Shown piece after piece: positions 1 to 9,664 of a DNA stretch of 64,000 nt. Made by a program: the position numbers and the translations under genes. Source of the DNA: Gemmatimonadales bacterium (lineage in GTDB: Bacteria > Gemmatimonadota > Gemmatimonadetes > Gemmatimonadales > GWC2-71-9); the NCBI GenBank assembly GCA_013694695.1, contig JACDBX010000084.1, forward strand, positions 840 through 64,839, written 5' to 3'. The notes beneath the pieces were generated by a model. That model saw only the letters and a list, made by a program, of their open reading frames with translations, had not been told where the DNA came from and ran no database searches. The number at the start of each line of letters is the position of its first letter. The stretch's first letter is position 1.

Positions 1-144
1 GGCGTCACTGACCAGCGGAAGTTGCGCGTTGATCTGCTGCGCATAATCGTTCCCCAACTGGACTTCCTGTTGGCGCGAGATCGCGCAGCCGGAGACTGAC
101 AGGACGGCGGAGAGCATCAGGAGCGTGCGGGCACGAACAGACAT
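1..144 (-). CDS. Lipoprotein precursor, first 48 codons only (gene runs off the left edge); possibly an M48-type peptidase
   Basis: My own minus-strand translation from the ATG at 144-142 gives MSVRARTLLMLSAVLSVSGCAISRQQEVQLGNDYAQQINAQLPLVSDA. The frame is open to base 1, so it is absent from the ORF track (no stop in window). It has a signal peptide with lipobox LSVSGC and GAGGA 7 nt upstream. The M48 idea rests only on the QEVQLG...PLVSD pattern. Confidence 0.45.
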   Translation of the reverse strand, partial: MSVRARTLLMLSAVLSVSGCAISRQQEVQLGNDYAQQINAQLPLVSDA

Positions 145-273
145 GGATCCATCCTCGGGGTGAAGTCCGAGGGGGAGACGACGCAGGGAGCCAGGAAGCC
201 ACGAGCAACGGCCGAACGAACCCCGCACCGACAGCGTCGCGGTATGGCCGCGGAGTCGTCGTCGAGGCCTGAA

Positions 274-2325
274 CTAGCCGGCTTGACCGGCGTCCAGCGT
301 CTCCCGCACGATGGCCGCAAGCTCGGTCGCGGTGAACGGCTTGAGCAGGAACGGCACGGCGGATGTTCCCACCGTTGCGACATCGGCACTGTACCCCGAC
401 ATCAGCACTGTGCGAACACCCGGCCATTGGTGCTCGAGCTGGGCGTGCAACGCGAGTCCACCCATTCCGGGCATCACGAGATCGGTCAGGACCAGCGACG
501 GCATGGGCCCTTCCTGCAACGTTTCGAGTGCCTCCCGGCCATCGCTGGCGGTGGTCACCGTGTAACCGAGACGGCTGAGCACCCGGGCGCAGATGTCGCG
601 AATCTGGCGCTCGTCGTCGACCACCAGGATCGCCTCGTCCCCCGTCGGCATCCGCGTCAACGGCGTGACCACTTCCGCGGGCGCAGCGCCATCGGTCGGC
701 GCAAAGCTGATCCGGAAACGGCTGCCCGCTCCGACGATGCTCTCGACGTCGATGCGCGCGCCGGCCTGCTCCGCGATGCCGTACACGGTGGCGAGCCCGA
801 GACCGGTGCCTTGCCCCGGCGCCTTGGTCGTGAAGAACGGTTCAAAGATGTGCGGCAGCGAATCGGTGGGGATGCCGACTCCCTCGTCCTCGACCACGAG
901 CACCGGACGACCGTCGACAATCGTGGTGATGATAGTCACCCTGCCGCCATCGGGCATCGCGTCGCGGGCATTCACCGCGAGGTTGACGAGCGCCTGCTCG
1001 ATCTGGGCCGGATCGACCAGCACCGGCACCGGCTCCGCGTGGCGGTCCACGACCAGGTCGGCGCCATCACCAATTAGCTGCCGCAGCATCGGCGCGGTGT
1101 TGTCGACGATCCCGCGGAGGTCAACACGGCGCGGCAGCACCACCTGCCGGCGGGCAAAGGTGAGGAGCTGTCGGGTGAGTTCGGCGGCGCGCGAGCTGGC
1201 ACGCTGGATCTCCAGCAGGTCGCCGCGTCGCGGGTCATTCGGCGGCATGTCGGCCAGTGCGAGGCCGGCGTAACCGCCGATCGCGGTGATCAGATTGTTG
1301 AAGTCGTGCGCCACGCCACCGGCGAGTCGCCCGACCGCCTCGAGCCGATGGCTTTCCACGAGGCGGCGCTCGAGAGCGGTTCGCTCCTCCGCAAACTGGT
1401 CCTCGGCCTCCCGCAATTCGCGGAAGTATCGGGTCTCCAGGCGCGTTGCTTGCCACGCCTCGATCACACCAGCGAGCGCCGCCAGCAGGGTGGCCAGCGC
1501 GATGCCGCCCGCCCAGAGTGTGCGGCGTTCGGTGCCGATGTCATCCACCCAACCCGCCGCCGGTGCAGCTTCCAGCACCCAGTCAGGCCCTGGCATCTCA
1601 ACCGTCGCCCGTACGGGGTCATTGAGCACCACATCGCTGCTCGACCAGACCACCGAGTCGTTCGCGCCGATCAGTCGCGCCTCAAGTCTTCCCGCCGAGG
1701 TCGCGCGCCCCGCCTCCGCGTACACGAGCCCGGCGTCGAACACCGCCGCCGCGATCGCCATCAGCTTGCCTGCGCTGTCCCGAACGGCGAGCCGGGCGAC
1801 GAGACCGTCCCCTCCCTGGCGGAGGGCGAGCGGGCCCGAGATCACCACCCCGCTGTCGGTCATGGCGCGCACGAGGTCGCGCACCACCGCGGGACCAGCA
1901 GCGCGCAGCACATCGTATCCCACGACGTTCTCGTTGCCCGCGAGCGGCCAGGTCTGCTCGATCACGCCGTCGCGCAGGTATTGCACGGTGCGCAGCCCCG
2001 GCGTGCCGTGCCGAAGCCCTTCGGCGAACGACGCAAAGTCAGCCTTCAGCCCGGGGCGATCGAGATTCACCGTGAGGAATGCCGCGAGTCCGTTCAGCAC
2101 GCCAAGCCGACGGAGGACCACGGTGTTGATCGCCTTTGCTGCGGAGCGCGCATGGGCGCCCACCTGTTCCTGCTGGGTGTCGGCGCGGAGGCGGATATAC
2201 CAGCGATCAGCGGCCGCCGTGACAGTGAGGACGGCGACCGCTGCAAGCAGTGACATGACGACGGGGCTGGTGACCGTCCGGCCGCGCGAGGGCCGAATGG
2301 GGGTGGTGCGCGGCGGTGCCGGCAC
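274..2325 (-). CDS. Hybrid sensor histidine kinase/response regulator with an extracytoplasmic CHASE-like domain
   Basis: The protein has a TM helix MSLLAAVAVLTVTAA and a periplasmic segment (VQYLRDGVIEQTWPLAGNENVVGYDVL...ISGPLALRQGG) followed by a second TM. HisKA is present (LAGGVAHDFNNLITAI) with HATPase motifs (NLAVNARDAM, GTGLGLATVYG). The C-terminal receiver reads ILVVDDE...LVLTDLVMPGMGG. Start is uncertain: GTG at 2325 just after the fabF stop, or ATG at 2256; the ORF-track start 2445 overlaps fabF. Confidence 0.8.
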   Translation of the reverse strand: MPAPPRTTPIRPSRGRTVTSPVVMSLLAAVAVLTVTAAADRWYIRLRADTQQEQVGAHARSAAKAINTVVLRRLGVLNGLAAFLTVNLDRPGLKADFASFAEGLRHGTPGLRTVQYLRDGVIEQTWPLAGNENVVGYDVLRAAGPAVVRDLVRAMTDSGVVISGPLALRQGGDGLVARLAVRDSAGKLMAIAAAVFDAGLVYAEAGRATSAGRLEARLIGANDSVVWSSSDVVLNDPVRATVEMPGPDWVLEAAPAAGWVDDIGTERRTLWAGGIALATLLAALAGVIEAWQATRLETRYFRELREAEDQFAEERTALERRLVESHRLEAVGRLAGGVAHDFNNLITAIGGYAGLALADMPPNDPRRGDLLEIQRASSRAAELTRQLLTFARRQVVLPRRVDLRGIVDNTAPMLRQLIGDGADLVVDRHAEPVPVLVDPAQIEQALVNLAVNARDAMPDGGRVTIITTIVDGRPVLVVEDEGVGIPTDSLPHIFEPFFTTKAPGQGTGLGLATVYGIAEQAGARIDVESIVGAGSRFRISFAPTDGAAPAEVVTPLTRMPTGDEAILVVDDERQIRDICARVLSRLGYTVTTASDGREALETLQEGPMPSLVLTDLVMPGMGGLALHAQLEHQWPGVRTVLMSGYSADVATVGTSAVPFLLKPFTATELAAIVRETLDAGQAG

Positions 2326-2330
2326 CTCGG

Positions 2331-3563
2331 TCACGTCGCGCGAACCGCCAGCGTCGCGTTGTGACCACCGAAGCCGAACCCATTGGACATCGCGATGTCG
2401 ACATCGCGCTTCACCCGAACGTTGGGCGCGCAATCGAGGTCGCATTCAGGGTCGGGTCGGACGTTGTTGATCGTGGGCGGAATGTCACCAGTCCGCGCGG
2501 CCAGGAGCGCGACCACGAACTCCAGCGCGCCAGCGCCACCGAGCAGGTGCCCCGTCATCGACTTGGTGGATCCGAACACCAGGTTGCGCGCGTGCTCTCC
2601 GAACACCGCCTTGACCGCCTGTGTCTCGGCGATGTCACCCAGCGGCGTCGACGTGCCGTGGGCGTTGATGTACCCGACCCGGGCGGGATCGATACCGTTG
2701 TCACCGAGGCACATTCGCATGGCCCGCTGCGCCCCTTCGCCCTCGGGAGCCGGGGCGCTCATGTGGTACGCGTCGCCCGACAACCCGTAGCCCATGACTT
2801 CACCGATGATCGTCGCGCCACGGGCCTCGGCGTGCTCGAGTGACTCAAGCACGACCGCCGCCCCGCCGTCGCCGAGCACGAAGCCGTCGCGATCGACGTC
2901 GAACGGCCGGCTGGCTGCCTGCGGATCGTCGTTGCGGGTCGACATCGCCTTCATGTTGGCAAAGGCTGCCACGGTGAGCCCGGTGATCGCGGCTTCGGAG
3001 CCGCCCGTGACCATCGCGTCGGCGATGCCGTCGCGGATCATCCGGTAGCCCTCGCCGATCGCGTGGGCCGACGACGCACAGGCCGACACCGTCGCGAAGT
3101 TTGGCCCGCGCATACCGTAGCGCATCGACACCAGGCCGGGGGCCATGTTGGCGATGAACATCGGCACAAAGAACGGCGACACCCGGTCCGGCCCCTTCTC
3201 GATGAAGATCCGACAGTTGTCCTCGAAGGTCTGCATTCCGCCGATGCCGCTGCCGAGCACCACGCCGACCCGGTTCATGTCGGGCGCTCCGAGGTCGAGC
3301 CCGGCCTGGGTCACCGCCTGATGCGACGCGGCGATGGCGTACTGCGCGTAGAGGTCGAAACGACGGGCCTCCTTGCGGTCGATGTACACCAGCGGGTCGA
3401 AGCCCTTCACCTCGCAAGCGAACCGGACCTGCTGGTTGCTGGCGTCGAACTTGGTGATCGGGCCGGCTCCCGATACACCGGCCAGGAGGTTGGTCCAGGT
3501 CTCATCGGTGGTCAGCCCGACCGGGCTGACCACACCGAGACCCGTCACCACGACACGTCGCAC
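2331..3563 (-). CDS. fabF: 3-oxoacyl-ACP synthase II
   Basis: Motifs RRVVVTGLGVVSP, active-site region ATVSACASSAHAIG, NAHGTSTPLGD and GHLLGGAG. It sits directly downstream of acpP. Start codon is GTG. Confidence 0.95.
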   Translation of the reverse strand: MRRVVVTGLGVVSPVGLTTDETWTNLLAGVSGAGPITKFDASNQQVRFACEVKGFDPLVYIDRKEARRFDLYAQYAIAASHQAVTQAGLDLGAPDMNRVGVVLGSGIGGMQTFEDNCRIFIEKGPDRVSPFFVPMFIANMAPGLVSMRYGMRGPNFATVSACASSAHAIGEGYRMIRDGIADAMVTGGSEAAITGLTVAAFANMKAMSTRNDDPQAASRPFDVDRDGFVLGDGGAAVVLESLEHAEARGATIIGEVMGYGLSGDAYHMSAPAPEGEGAQRAMRMCLGDNGIDPARVGYINAHGTSTPLGDIAETQAVKAVFGEHARNLVFGSTKSMTGHLLGGAGALEFVVALLAARTGDIPPTINNVRPDPECDLDCAPNVRVKRDVDIAMSNGFGFGGHNATLAVRAT

Positions 3564-3566
3564 CGG

Positions 3567-3806
3567 CTACTTCTCGAGCTTCCCGTGGAGATACTTCAGC
3601 GCATCGCCGACGGTGCGCAGCTTTTCGGCCTCGTCATCCGGAATGTCGATGTCGAATTCCTTCTCGAAGGCCATTACCAGCTCGACCGTATCGAGCGAGT
3701 CGGCACCGAGATCTTCCATGAACGACGCCTCCGGGGTGAGCTTCTCGCGCTCGACACCGAGTTCGTCGACGATGATGTCCTTGACCTTCTCCTCCACGTC
3801 ACTCAT
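3567..3806 (-). CDS. acpP: Acyl carrier protein
   Basis: The sequence [18 protein letters not shown]...[31 protein letters not shown] contains the DSLD phosphopantetheine site. I trimmed it to the internal ATG at 3806. Confidence 0.95.
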   Translation of the reverse strand: MSDVEEKVKDIIVDELGVEREKLTPEASFMEDLGADSLDTVELVMAFEKEFDIDIPDDEAEKLRTVGDALKYLHGKLEK

Positions 3807-3845
3807 TTGCAGCCTCTGTGCGTTGTGTAGTGGACCAGCGAACAC

Positions 3846-4589
3846 TCAAATGACCATGCCACCATCGACCACGAGAACCTGGCCCGTGATGTAGGCGCCG
3901 AGGTCAGATGCGAGAAAGAGGATCGCTCCCGCAATATCCGCCGGCTGGCCGAGGCGCGCCAGCGGAATGGTCTCCAATAATGCCGCCCGCTGCGCGTCGG
4001 GCAAGGCGGCAGTCATGTCGGTCTCGATGTAGCCCGGCGCGACGCAGTTGGCGAGGATGCCGCGTGCGGCGTATTCACGGGCCACCGACTTGGTGAATCC
4101 GATCAACCCGGCCTTGCTCGCCGCGTAGTTGGCCTGTCCCTTGTTGCCGATGATCCCGACCACGCTGGTGACGTTGATGATGCGGCCGTGGCGGCGCTTC
4201 ATCATCCCCTTGAGGACGGCCTGGGTGGCGATGAACGCTCCGCGCAGGTTCGCCGCCAGCACGTCGTCCCAGTCCTGCTCGCTCATCCGCAGCAGCAGGT
4301 TGTCGCGAGTGACACCGGCATTGTTGACCAGGATGTCGATCGGGCCCAGCCCGGCTTCGCACGCCGCGAGTGCCTGACGCAGCGAAGCGGGGTCGGTCAC
4401 GTCGCACGCGAAGCCCCGGGCGCCCTCACCGAGCGACGCCGCCACTTCGTCGGCCGTCGCCTGGGTGCGCCCGGCGATCGCCACCTTGGCGCCGGCGGCG
4501 TGCAGTCGCGTCGCGACCTCCCGACCGATGCCGCGGGTGCTCCCGGTGATGAACGCGGTCTGTCCGGTGAGGTCGATGGCGATGCTCAT
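3846..4589 (-). CDS. fabG: 3-oxoacyl-ACP reductase
   Basis: SDR motifs TGSTRGIGREVA, NNAG and YAASKAGLIGFTKSVA, in fab operon context. Confidence 0.93.
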   Translation of the reverse strand: MSIAIDLTGQTAFITGSTRGIGREVATRLHAAGAKVAIAGRTQATADEVAASLGEGARGFACDVTDPASLRQALAACEAGLGPIDILVNNAGVTRDNLLLRMSEQDWDDVLAANLRGAFIATQAVLKGMMKRRHGRIINVTSVVGIIGNKGQANYAASKAGLIGFTKSVAREYAARGILANCVAPGYIETDMTAALPDAQRAALLETIPLARLGQPADIAGAILFLASDLGAYITGQVLVVDGGMVI

Positions 4590-5521
4590 GCGGCGTCCAG
4601 GAAGGCGGTGACGTCTGCGGCGGTGCCAAGCGAGGTGCAGGTCGTGCCCGGGATGATTCGCTTGAGGAGCCCACCCAGCACCGAGCCAGGGCCCACCTCA
4701 ATCCATCGGGCACCCGGATGCGTGGCGTCCAGCGCACGCATCGACTCGACCCAGCGTACTGGTGCGGTGAGCTGCGTGGCCAGCAGGCGGGCGGCCTCGT
4801 CGGCAGAGCTGACTGCCTGCGCCGTGGCGTTGGCCGTGACCGGAAAGTTCGGTGCGGCGAAAGTGGCCCGCGCCAACGCGTCGCGCAGGCCGGCAACGGC
4901 CGGATCCATCAGCGGCGAATGGAATGCACCGCTCACGTTCAGTGGCAGCACCCGCTTGGCGCCGCGCGCCTTGCACGCTTCCCCGGCCCGCTTGACGGCG
5001 GCCGGATCACCCGAGATGACAGTCTGGTCGGGGGCGTTGAGGTTTGCGGCCACGACCAGGTCGGGAGTGCCCACCGAAACCTCGATGCACGCCGCCTCGA
5101 CCTGCATCGTGTCGAGGCCGAGCACCGCTGCCATGGCGCCGGGCCGAGCCTGCCCCGCTTCGTACATGAGCGCGCCGCGGCGGCGAACCAAACGGGCTGC
5201 CTCGGTGGAGTCGAGTGCCCCCGCGGCCACCCACGCCGAGTATTCGCCGAGCGAATGGCCGGCTGCGGCAACAACATTCCCGAGGCGATCGCCGACGGCG
5301 GCGAGCACTGCCACGGAGTGCGCGAGGATCGCGGGCTGGGCATTGTGGGTGAGGGTGAGCCCGTCATCGGGTCCGTCCCACATCACCGGAGTGAGTGGCG
5401 TGTCCAGTGCCGCGTCGATCGCGTCGAGCGCGGCGCGTGCGGCCGGGAAGGCGTCGGCGAGGTCGCGGGCCATGCCGATCTTCTGCGCTCCCTGGCCCGG
5501 GAACAGCAGGATCGTCACCAA
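4586..5521 (-). CDS. fabD: Malonyl-CoA:ACP transacylase
   Basis: FPGQGAQKIGM, the GHSLGEYSA nucleophile motif, and a 4-nt overlap with fabG. Confidence 0.93.
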   Translation of the reverse strand: MVTILLFPGQGAQKIGMARDLADAFPAARAALDAIDAALDTPLTPVMWDGPDDGLTLTHNAQPAILAHSVAVLAAVGDRLGNVVAAAGHSLGEYSAWVAAGALDSTEAARLVRRRGALMYEAGQARPGAMAAVLGLDTMQVEAACIEVSVGTPDLVVAANLNAPDQTVISGDPAAVKRAGEACKARGAKRVLPLNVSGAFHSPLMDPAVAGLRDALARATFAAPNFPVTANATAQAVSSADEAARLLATQLTAPVRWVESMRALDATHPGARWIEVGPGSVLGGLLKRIIPGTTCTSLGTAADVTAFLDAA

Positions 5522-6516
5522 CGGAGCACCACGCTGCCCCAGGTGAAGCCAGCACCGAACGCCGCCAGCATCACGATCATCCCCGGCTTGAGTACCCCCT
5601 CGGCCTGTGCCTGAGTGAGTGCCAGCGGGATGCTCGCGGAGGAGGTGTTGCCATACCGATCGAGATTGCAGAAAACCTTGCTCATCGGTATGCCCGCGTG
5701 CTTCGCGGCGGCCTCGATGATCCGCAGGTTGGCCTGATGCGGCACCAGCAGGTCGATCGACTCTGGCGGCATCCCCGCGCGCCGGATCGCCTCGTCGCTT
5801 GAGCGGCTCATCGCCAGCACAGCCGCCTTGAACACCTCGCGGCCGGCCATCTTCATGTAGTGACGGCGCTCCCGCAGCACTTCCTCGGTAAATGGATCGG
5901 CTGCACCGCCACCGGGGATGTAGAGCAGGTCGGCGAGGTCGCCATCGGCACCGAGGTACGTCGCCAGGATCCCGCGATCCTCGCCTGGCCGGACGCGGCG
6001 GAGCACGCCGGCCCCGGCGCCATCGCCAAAGAGGATCGCGGTGTTGCGGTCGTCGCGATCGGTGATCATCGACAGCTTCTCGGCGCCGACCACAAGGATC
6101 GTCTCACCGAGTCCGGTGGCCATCATTCCTTCGGCCACGGACAGTGCGTACACCCAACCCGGGCATGCCGCCACGAGGTCGAACGCCCACGCCGGTTTTG
6201 CACCGAGCGCCGCCTGCAGGTCGCATGCAACGGAGGGCAGGCGCCGGTCGGGCGTCACCGTGGCAAACACGATCCCGTCGAGGTCAGCAGCGGTCACGCC
6301 CGCCTGCTCCATCGCCTGGTGCGCGGCCTTCAGCGTGTAGCTCAACATCGACTCGTCGGGGCGCGCGATGTGGCGGCAGCGGATGCCCGTGCGGTCGGTG
6401 ATCCATTCGTCGGTGGTGTCGAGGGTCTTCTCGAGCTCGGCGTTGGTCAGTCGGCCTTCCGGCACAGCCGAACCCATGCCGGTGATGCAGGCGATCGGGC
6501 GGGTGATGTCGATCAT
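5515..6516 (-). CDS. fabH: 3-oxoacyl-ACP synthase III
   Basis: TSDEWI-like TTDEWITDRTGI, active-site AACPGWVYAL, HQANLRII and GNTSSASIP. Confidence 0.93.
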   Translation of the reverse strand: MIDITRPIACITGMGSAVPEGRLTNAELEKTLDTTDEWITDRTGIRCRHIARPDESMLSYTLKAAHQAMEQAGVTAADLDGIVFATVTPDRRLPSVACDLQAALGAKPAWAFDLVAACPGWVYALSVAEGMMATGLGETILVVGAEKLSMITDRDDRNTAILFGDGAGAGVLRRVRPGEDRGILATYLGADGDLADLLYIPGGGAADPFTEEVLRERRHYMKMAGREVFKAAVLAMSRSSDEAIRRAGMPPESIDLLVPHQANLRIIEAAAKHAGIPMSKVFCNLDRYGNTSSASIPLALTQAQAEGVLKPGMIVMLAAFGAGFTWGSVVLRW

Positions 6517-7526
6517 GATGGTGTGGCCGCCTCTCGCATGTTGAGTTCCGCGGCGATGTGGGCGCTCAGGTTCGCCCGCACCGACTCCACCGCGCGGTGG
6601 ATCGCATTCTTGATCGCGGCTGCGGTCGACGATCCGTGACAGATGATCGCGATCCCCTTCACGCCGAGGAGTGGCGCGCCGCCATACTCAGAATAGTCGA
6701 GGAAGCGCATCAACGGCTGGAGGTCCGGGTTGGCGAGCAATCCGGGATTCTGGCGCTGGATAAGCCCGGTCACGAGACGGCCCATCGACTCATAGAACTT
6801 GAGCACGATGTTGCCGACGAATCCGTCGCACACCACCACGTCGAGTTGACCGTGCACCGGGTGCGGTACCACGACGTCGCGGCCCTCGACATTGCCGACA
6901 TAATTGAGCCGGGGATGCTGGCGGAGGGCGGCATGGACCTCGCGCACCACAGCGGTGCCCTTGGTGTCTTCCTCGCCAATGTTGAGGAGCGCCACCTTGG
7001 GGTTCTCGCGATGCATCACGTCGCGCATGTAGATGCTGCCGAGGTAGGCGAAGTTGATCAGCTCCTTGGCGGAGCAATCGACGTTGGCACCGCCGTCGAG
7101 CACCAGCACGCCTCCGTCGGGCGACGGGAAGAGCGACGCCACCGTGGCGCGGTCGACGCCGTTGTGCAGACCGAGACCGATCGTCGCAGCGGCGAGCGTC
7201 GCTCCGGTGTTGCCAGCGGAGACAAACGCGTCGACACGGCCGGCGCGGTGCAGGCCCATGCTCACGACAAGGGATGAGTCCGGCTTGCGGCGCACGGCCG
7301 CGAGCGGCTTCTCGTCCATCCCGATCACCTCGCGTGCCTCGACCACCTGCAGCCGAGCCCGGTTAATGCCCGGGTGCCGCGCCAGGTGTTCCTCGATGAC
7401 CTCGGGTCGACCGACGAGGGTGAGCACGACGTCGTCCGGCAGCTCGTGCAGCGCGAGGGCCGCACCATCCACCTCGGACTGCGGTGCGTGATCCCCGCCC
7501 ATCGCGTCGAGCGCGACGCGAATCAC
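6513..7526 (-). CDS. plsX: Phosphate:acyl-ACP acyltransferase
   Basis: N-terminus MIRVALDAMGGDHAP, plus VSAGNTGA and the canonical rpmF-plsX-fabH order. Confidence 0.93.
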   Translation of the reverse strand: MIRVALDAMGGDHAPQSEVDGAALALHELPDDVVLTLVGRPEVIEEHLARHPGINRARLQVVEAREVIGMDEKPLAAVRRKPDSSLVVSMGLHRAGRVDAFVSAGNTGATLAAATIGLGLHNGVDRATVASLFPSPDGGVLVLDGGANVDCSAKELINFAYLGSIYMRDVMHRENPKVALLNIGEEDTKGTAVVREVHAALRQHPRLNYVGNVEGRDVVVPHPVHGQLDVVVCDGFVGNIVLKFYESMGRLVTGLIQRQNPGLLANPDLQPLMRFLDYSEYGGAPLLGVKGIAIICHGSSTAAAIKNAIHRAVESVRANLSAHIAAELNMREAATPS

Positions 7527-7529
7527 GAC

Positions 7530-7712
7530 CTAGTTGTCCTCGACCTCGAGACGCTTCTTGCCGGCGTAGTAGCCGCACGAGGTGCAGACGCGGTGCGGCA
7601 GCTTCGGGGAACTGCAGCGCGAGCATGCCTGGGTCGGCATCCCCTTCGCGGTGTGATGACCGCGGCGCAGGCGCTTGCGCGACTTGGATAGTTTCCGCTT
7701 CGGTACAGCCAT
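7530..7712 (-). CDS. rpmF: 50S ribosomal protein L32
   Basis: MAVPKRKLSKSRKRLRRGHH...CSSCGYY-like zinc ribbon, 60 aa. Confidence 0.93.
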   Translation of the reverse strand: MAVPKRKLSKSRKRLRRGHHTAKGMPTQACSRCSSPKLPHRVCTSCGYYAGKKRLEVEDN

Positions 7713-7719
7713 CGGTGCC

Positions 7720-8196
7720 TCAGTTGGTCGTGCCGGACGTCGTGCACGCGCACGGCCCGGCGTTCATGTCTGCGCCACAGTTGGCGCACAGCCCCTTGCA
7801 ACCGGGGCGGCAAAGCGGAAACGCCGAAACCTTCAGGGCGATCTCCTCGCGCACGGCACTGGCCACGTCAATCGTCATGACCGGTTCCGGCAGCGCATAC
7901 ACACTCGGATCGTCGAGCAGCTCGGGGTTGGCCGAGAACAGCAGCTCGATGTCCTCGTCGATCACCTGCAGCGCCGGTTCCAGGCAGCGGCGGCACTCGC
8001 CCGCGACCGCCGTGTAGACATGGCCGCGCCAGAAATAATTGCCGTCGGCGGTCTCGCGCAGGACGCCGTCAATCTCCACCGGCTCCGCGAACTCGAACGC
8101 AAGAACCGAGAACACCGGGTCGTCGGGCGCGAGGGTGGCGGAGGTGGTGGCCGCCCCCCCGGAAAGCTGCCGCAGGTCCACTTGGAGCATAGCCAT
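7720..8196 (-). CDS. DUF177/YceD-family protein
   Basis: It sits immediately upstream of rpmF and has a C-terminal Cys cluster (CRPGCKGLCANCGADMNAGPCAC), as in YceD/YlbN. Start is uncertain: ATG at 8196 or 8190, or GTG at 8244, which would overlap ndk by 20 nt. Confidence 0.75.
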   Translation of the reverse strand: MAMLQVDLRQLSGGAATTSATLAPDDPVFSVLAFEFAEPVEIDGVLRETADGNYFWRGHVYTAVAGECRRCLEPALQVIDEDIELLFSANPELLDDPSVYALPEPVMTIDVASAVREEIALKVSAFPLCRPGCKGLCANCGADMNAGPCACTTSGTTN

Positions 8197-8224
8197 CAAA
8201 AATACCTGTCGGGACCCGTTCGGG

Positions 8225-8668
8225 TCAAGCCGGGAGGTGTACACCCAGGAGCGCTAACTCACGCTCCGGAAAGAAGAAAGCCACCTCGCGAAGGGCATTT
8301 TCGTCGCTGTCGGAGCCGTGCACAGCGTTGCGACCCTTCGACTCTGCGAACTCCCGCCGGATCGTCCCCTCGGCGGCCTCCGCCGGGTCGGTGGCGCCAA
8401 TCGCCGTGCGCCAGCCAGCCACCGCGTCCGATGACTGCAGCGCCATCGCGATCGCGGGGCCGGAAATCATGAATTCGACCAGCTCACCGTAGAACGGCCG
8501 CTCACGGTGCACCTCGTAGAACGCCTCGGCCTCCGGCCGGGTGAGGCGTACCAGGCGCATTGCCCGCACCAGGAAACCTTGTTCCTGGAGGTGGGCGATG
8601 ATCGCCCCGCTCTTTCCCGACTCAACGGCGTCGGGCTTGATCATGGCGAACGTCAGATTGCCGGACAT
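8225..8668 (-). CDS. ndk: Nucleoside-diphosphate kinase
   Basis: LTFAMIKPDAV, ERPFYGELVEFMISGP and NAVHGSDS (catalytic His). Confidence 0.93.
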   Translation of the reverse strand: MSGNLTFAMIKPDAVESGKSGAIIAHLQEQGFLVRAMRLVRLTRPEAEAFYEVHRERPFYGELVEFMISGPAIAMALQSSDAVAGWRTAIGATDPAEAAEGTIRREFAESKGRNAVHGSDSDENALREVAFFFPERELALLGVHLPA

Positions 8669-8685
8669 GGAGCCTCAAGATGATA

Positions 8686-8762
8686 GTCGTAAGTCGTTGG
8701 TCGTTGGCCGTGTCGCTGCTGCGCGCTAAGATGTTATCAGCTAACGACTAACGACCAATGAC
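8686..8762. repeat. Inverted repeat built from three tandem heptamers per arm (GTCGTAA GTCGTTG GTCGTTG ... CTAACGA CTAACGA CCAATGA) with a 31-nt spacer
   Basis: Base-by-base pairing of 8686-8708 with 8762-8740 gives 18 Watson-Crick pairs, 3 G-T pairs and one 2x2 mismatch. It lies in the relatively AT-rich 123-nt sucD-ndk spacer. Confidence 0.7.
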
Positions 8763-8791
8763 CTGCTGTAAAACATCAACTCCGGCCAACG

Positions 8792-9664
8792 CTACTTCAG
8801 CTTCGCCTTCAGCAGTTCAATCACGTCAATCGGCCGCCGCATGATCCCCATGCCAGCCGCCTCGAACGCTGCAAACTTCTCCTCGGCGGTACCCGACGAG
8901 CCAGAGATGATTGCCCCGGCGTGCCCCATCCGGCGCCCCTTGGGCGCGGTCTGGCCGGCGACGAAGCCCACCACGGGCTTCTTGACGTTCGCCTTGATGA
9001 ACTCGGCCGCTTCCTGCTCCGCGGTCCCACCGATCTCGCCGATCATCACGATCGCCTCGGTCTTCGGGTCATCGTTGAACGCGGCGAGGACATCAATGAA
9101 GTTGGTGCCCACGATCGGGTCGCCACCGATCCCGACACAGGTGCTCTGGCCGAGACCGGCGCGGGTGAGGTGGTTGACCACTTCATAGGTGAGCGTCCCC
9201 GAACGGGAGACGAGGCCTACCGGGCCGGGGGCGCAGATGGAGCCAGGGATGATCCCGACCTTCGCCTCGCCCGGGGTGATTGCGCCCGGGCAGTTCGGAC
9301 CGATCAGGCGCACGCCCCGCTCCTGCAGGTAGGGCATGACGACCGTCATGTCGAGCACCGGCACGCCCTCGGTGATGCATATCACCAAGGGGATCCCGGC
9401 GTCGGCGGCTTCCTGGATCGCGCCGGCTGCCATCGCCGGCGGGACGTAGATCACCGAGCAGTTGGCGCCGGCCTGCGCGACCGCATCAGCGACCGTATGG
9501 AACACCGGCACGGTGTTGTCGAACTGCTGGCCACCCTTCCCCGGCGTGACGCCGGCCACGATGTTGGTGCCGTACTCGATCATCTGGCGCGCATGGAACG
9601 ACCCCTCGCGTCCGGTCAGCCCCTGCACCACCAGGCGCGTGTCCTTCCCGATCCATATGCTCAC
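8792..9664 (-). CDS. sucD: Succinyl-CoA synthetase alpha subunit
   Basis: [21 protein letters not shown] and MGHAGAII (phosphohistidine loop). Confidence 0.95.
   Translation of the reverse strand: MSIWIGKDTRLVVQGLTGREGSFHARQMIEYGTNIVAGVTPGKGGQQFDNTVPVFHTVADAVAQAGANCSVIYVPPAMAAGAIQEAADAGIPLVICITEGVPVLDMTVVMPYLQERGVRLIGPNCPGAITPGEAKVGIIPGSICAPGPVGLVSRSGTLTYEVVNHLTRAGLGQSTCVGIGGDPIVGTNFIDVLAAFNDDPKTEAIVMIGEIGGTAEQEAAEFIKANVKKPVVGFVAGQTAPKGRRMGHAGAIISGSSGTAEEKFAAFEAAGMGIMRRPIDVIELLKAKLK

Noticed and set aside
8686-8762. Heptamer repeats considered as a mini-CRISPR or tRNA-like element
   Set aside because: The units are 7 nt without spacers and are arranged as an inverted pair. There is no cloverleaf and no cas genes. 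It is kept only as an inverted-repeat finding.
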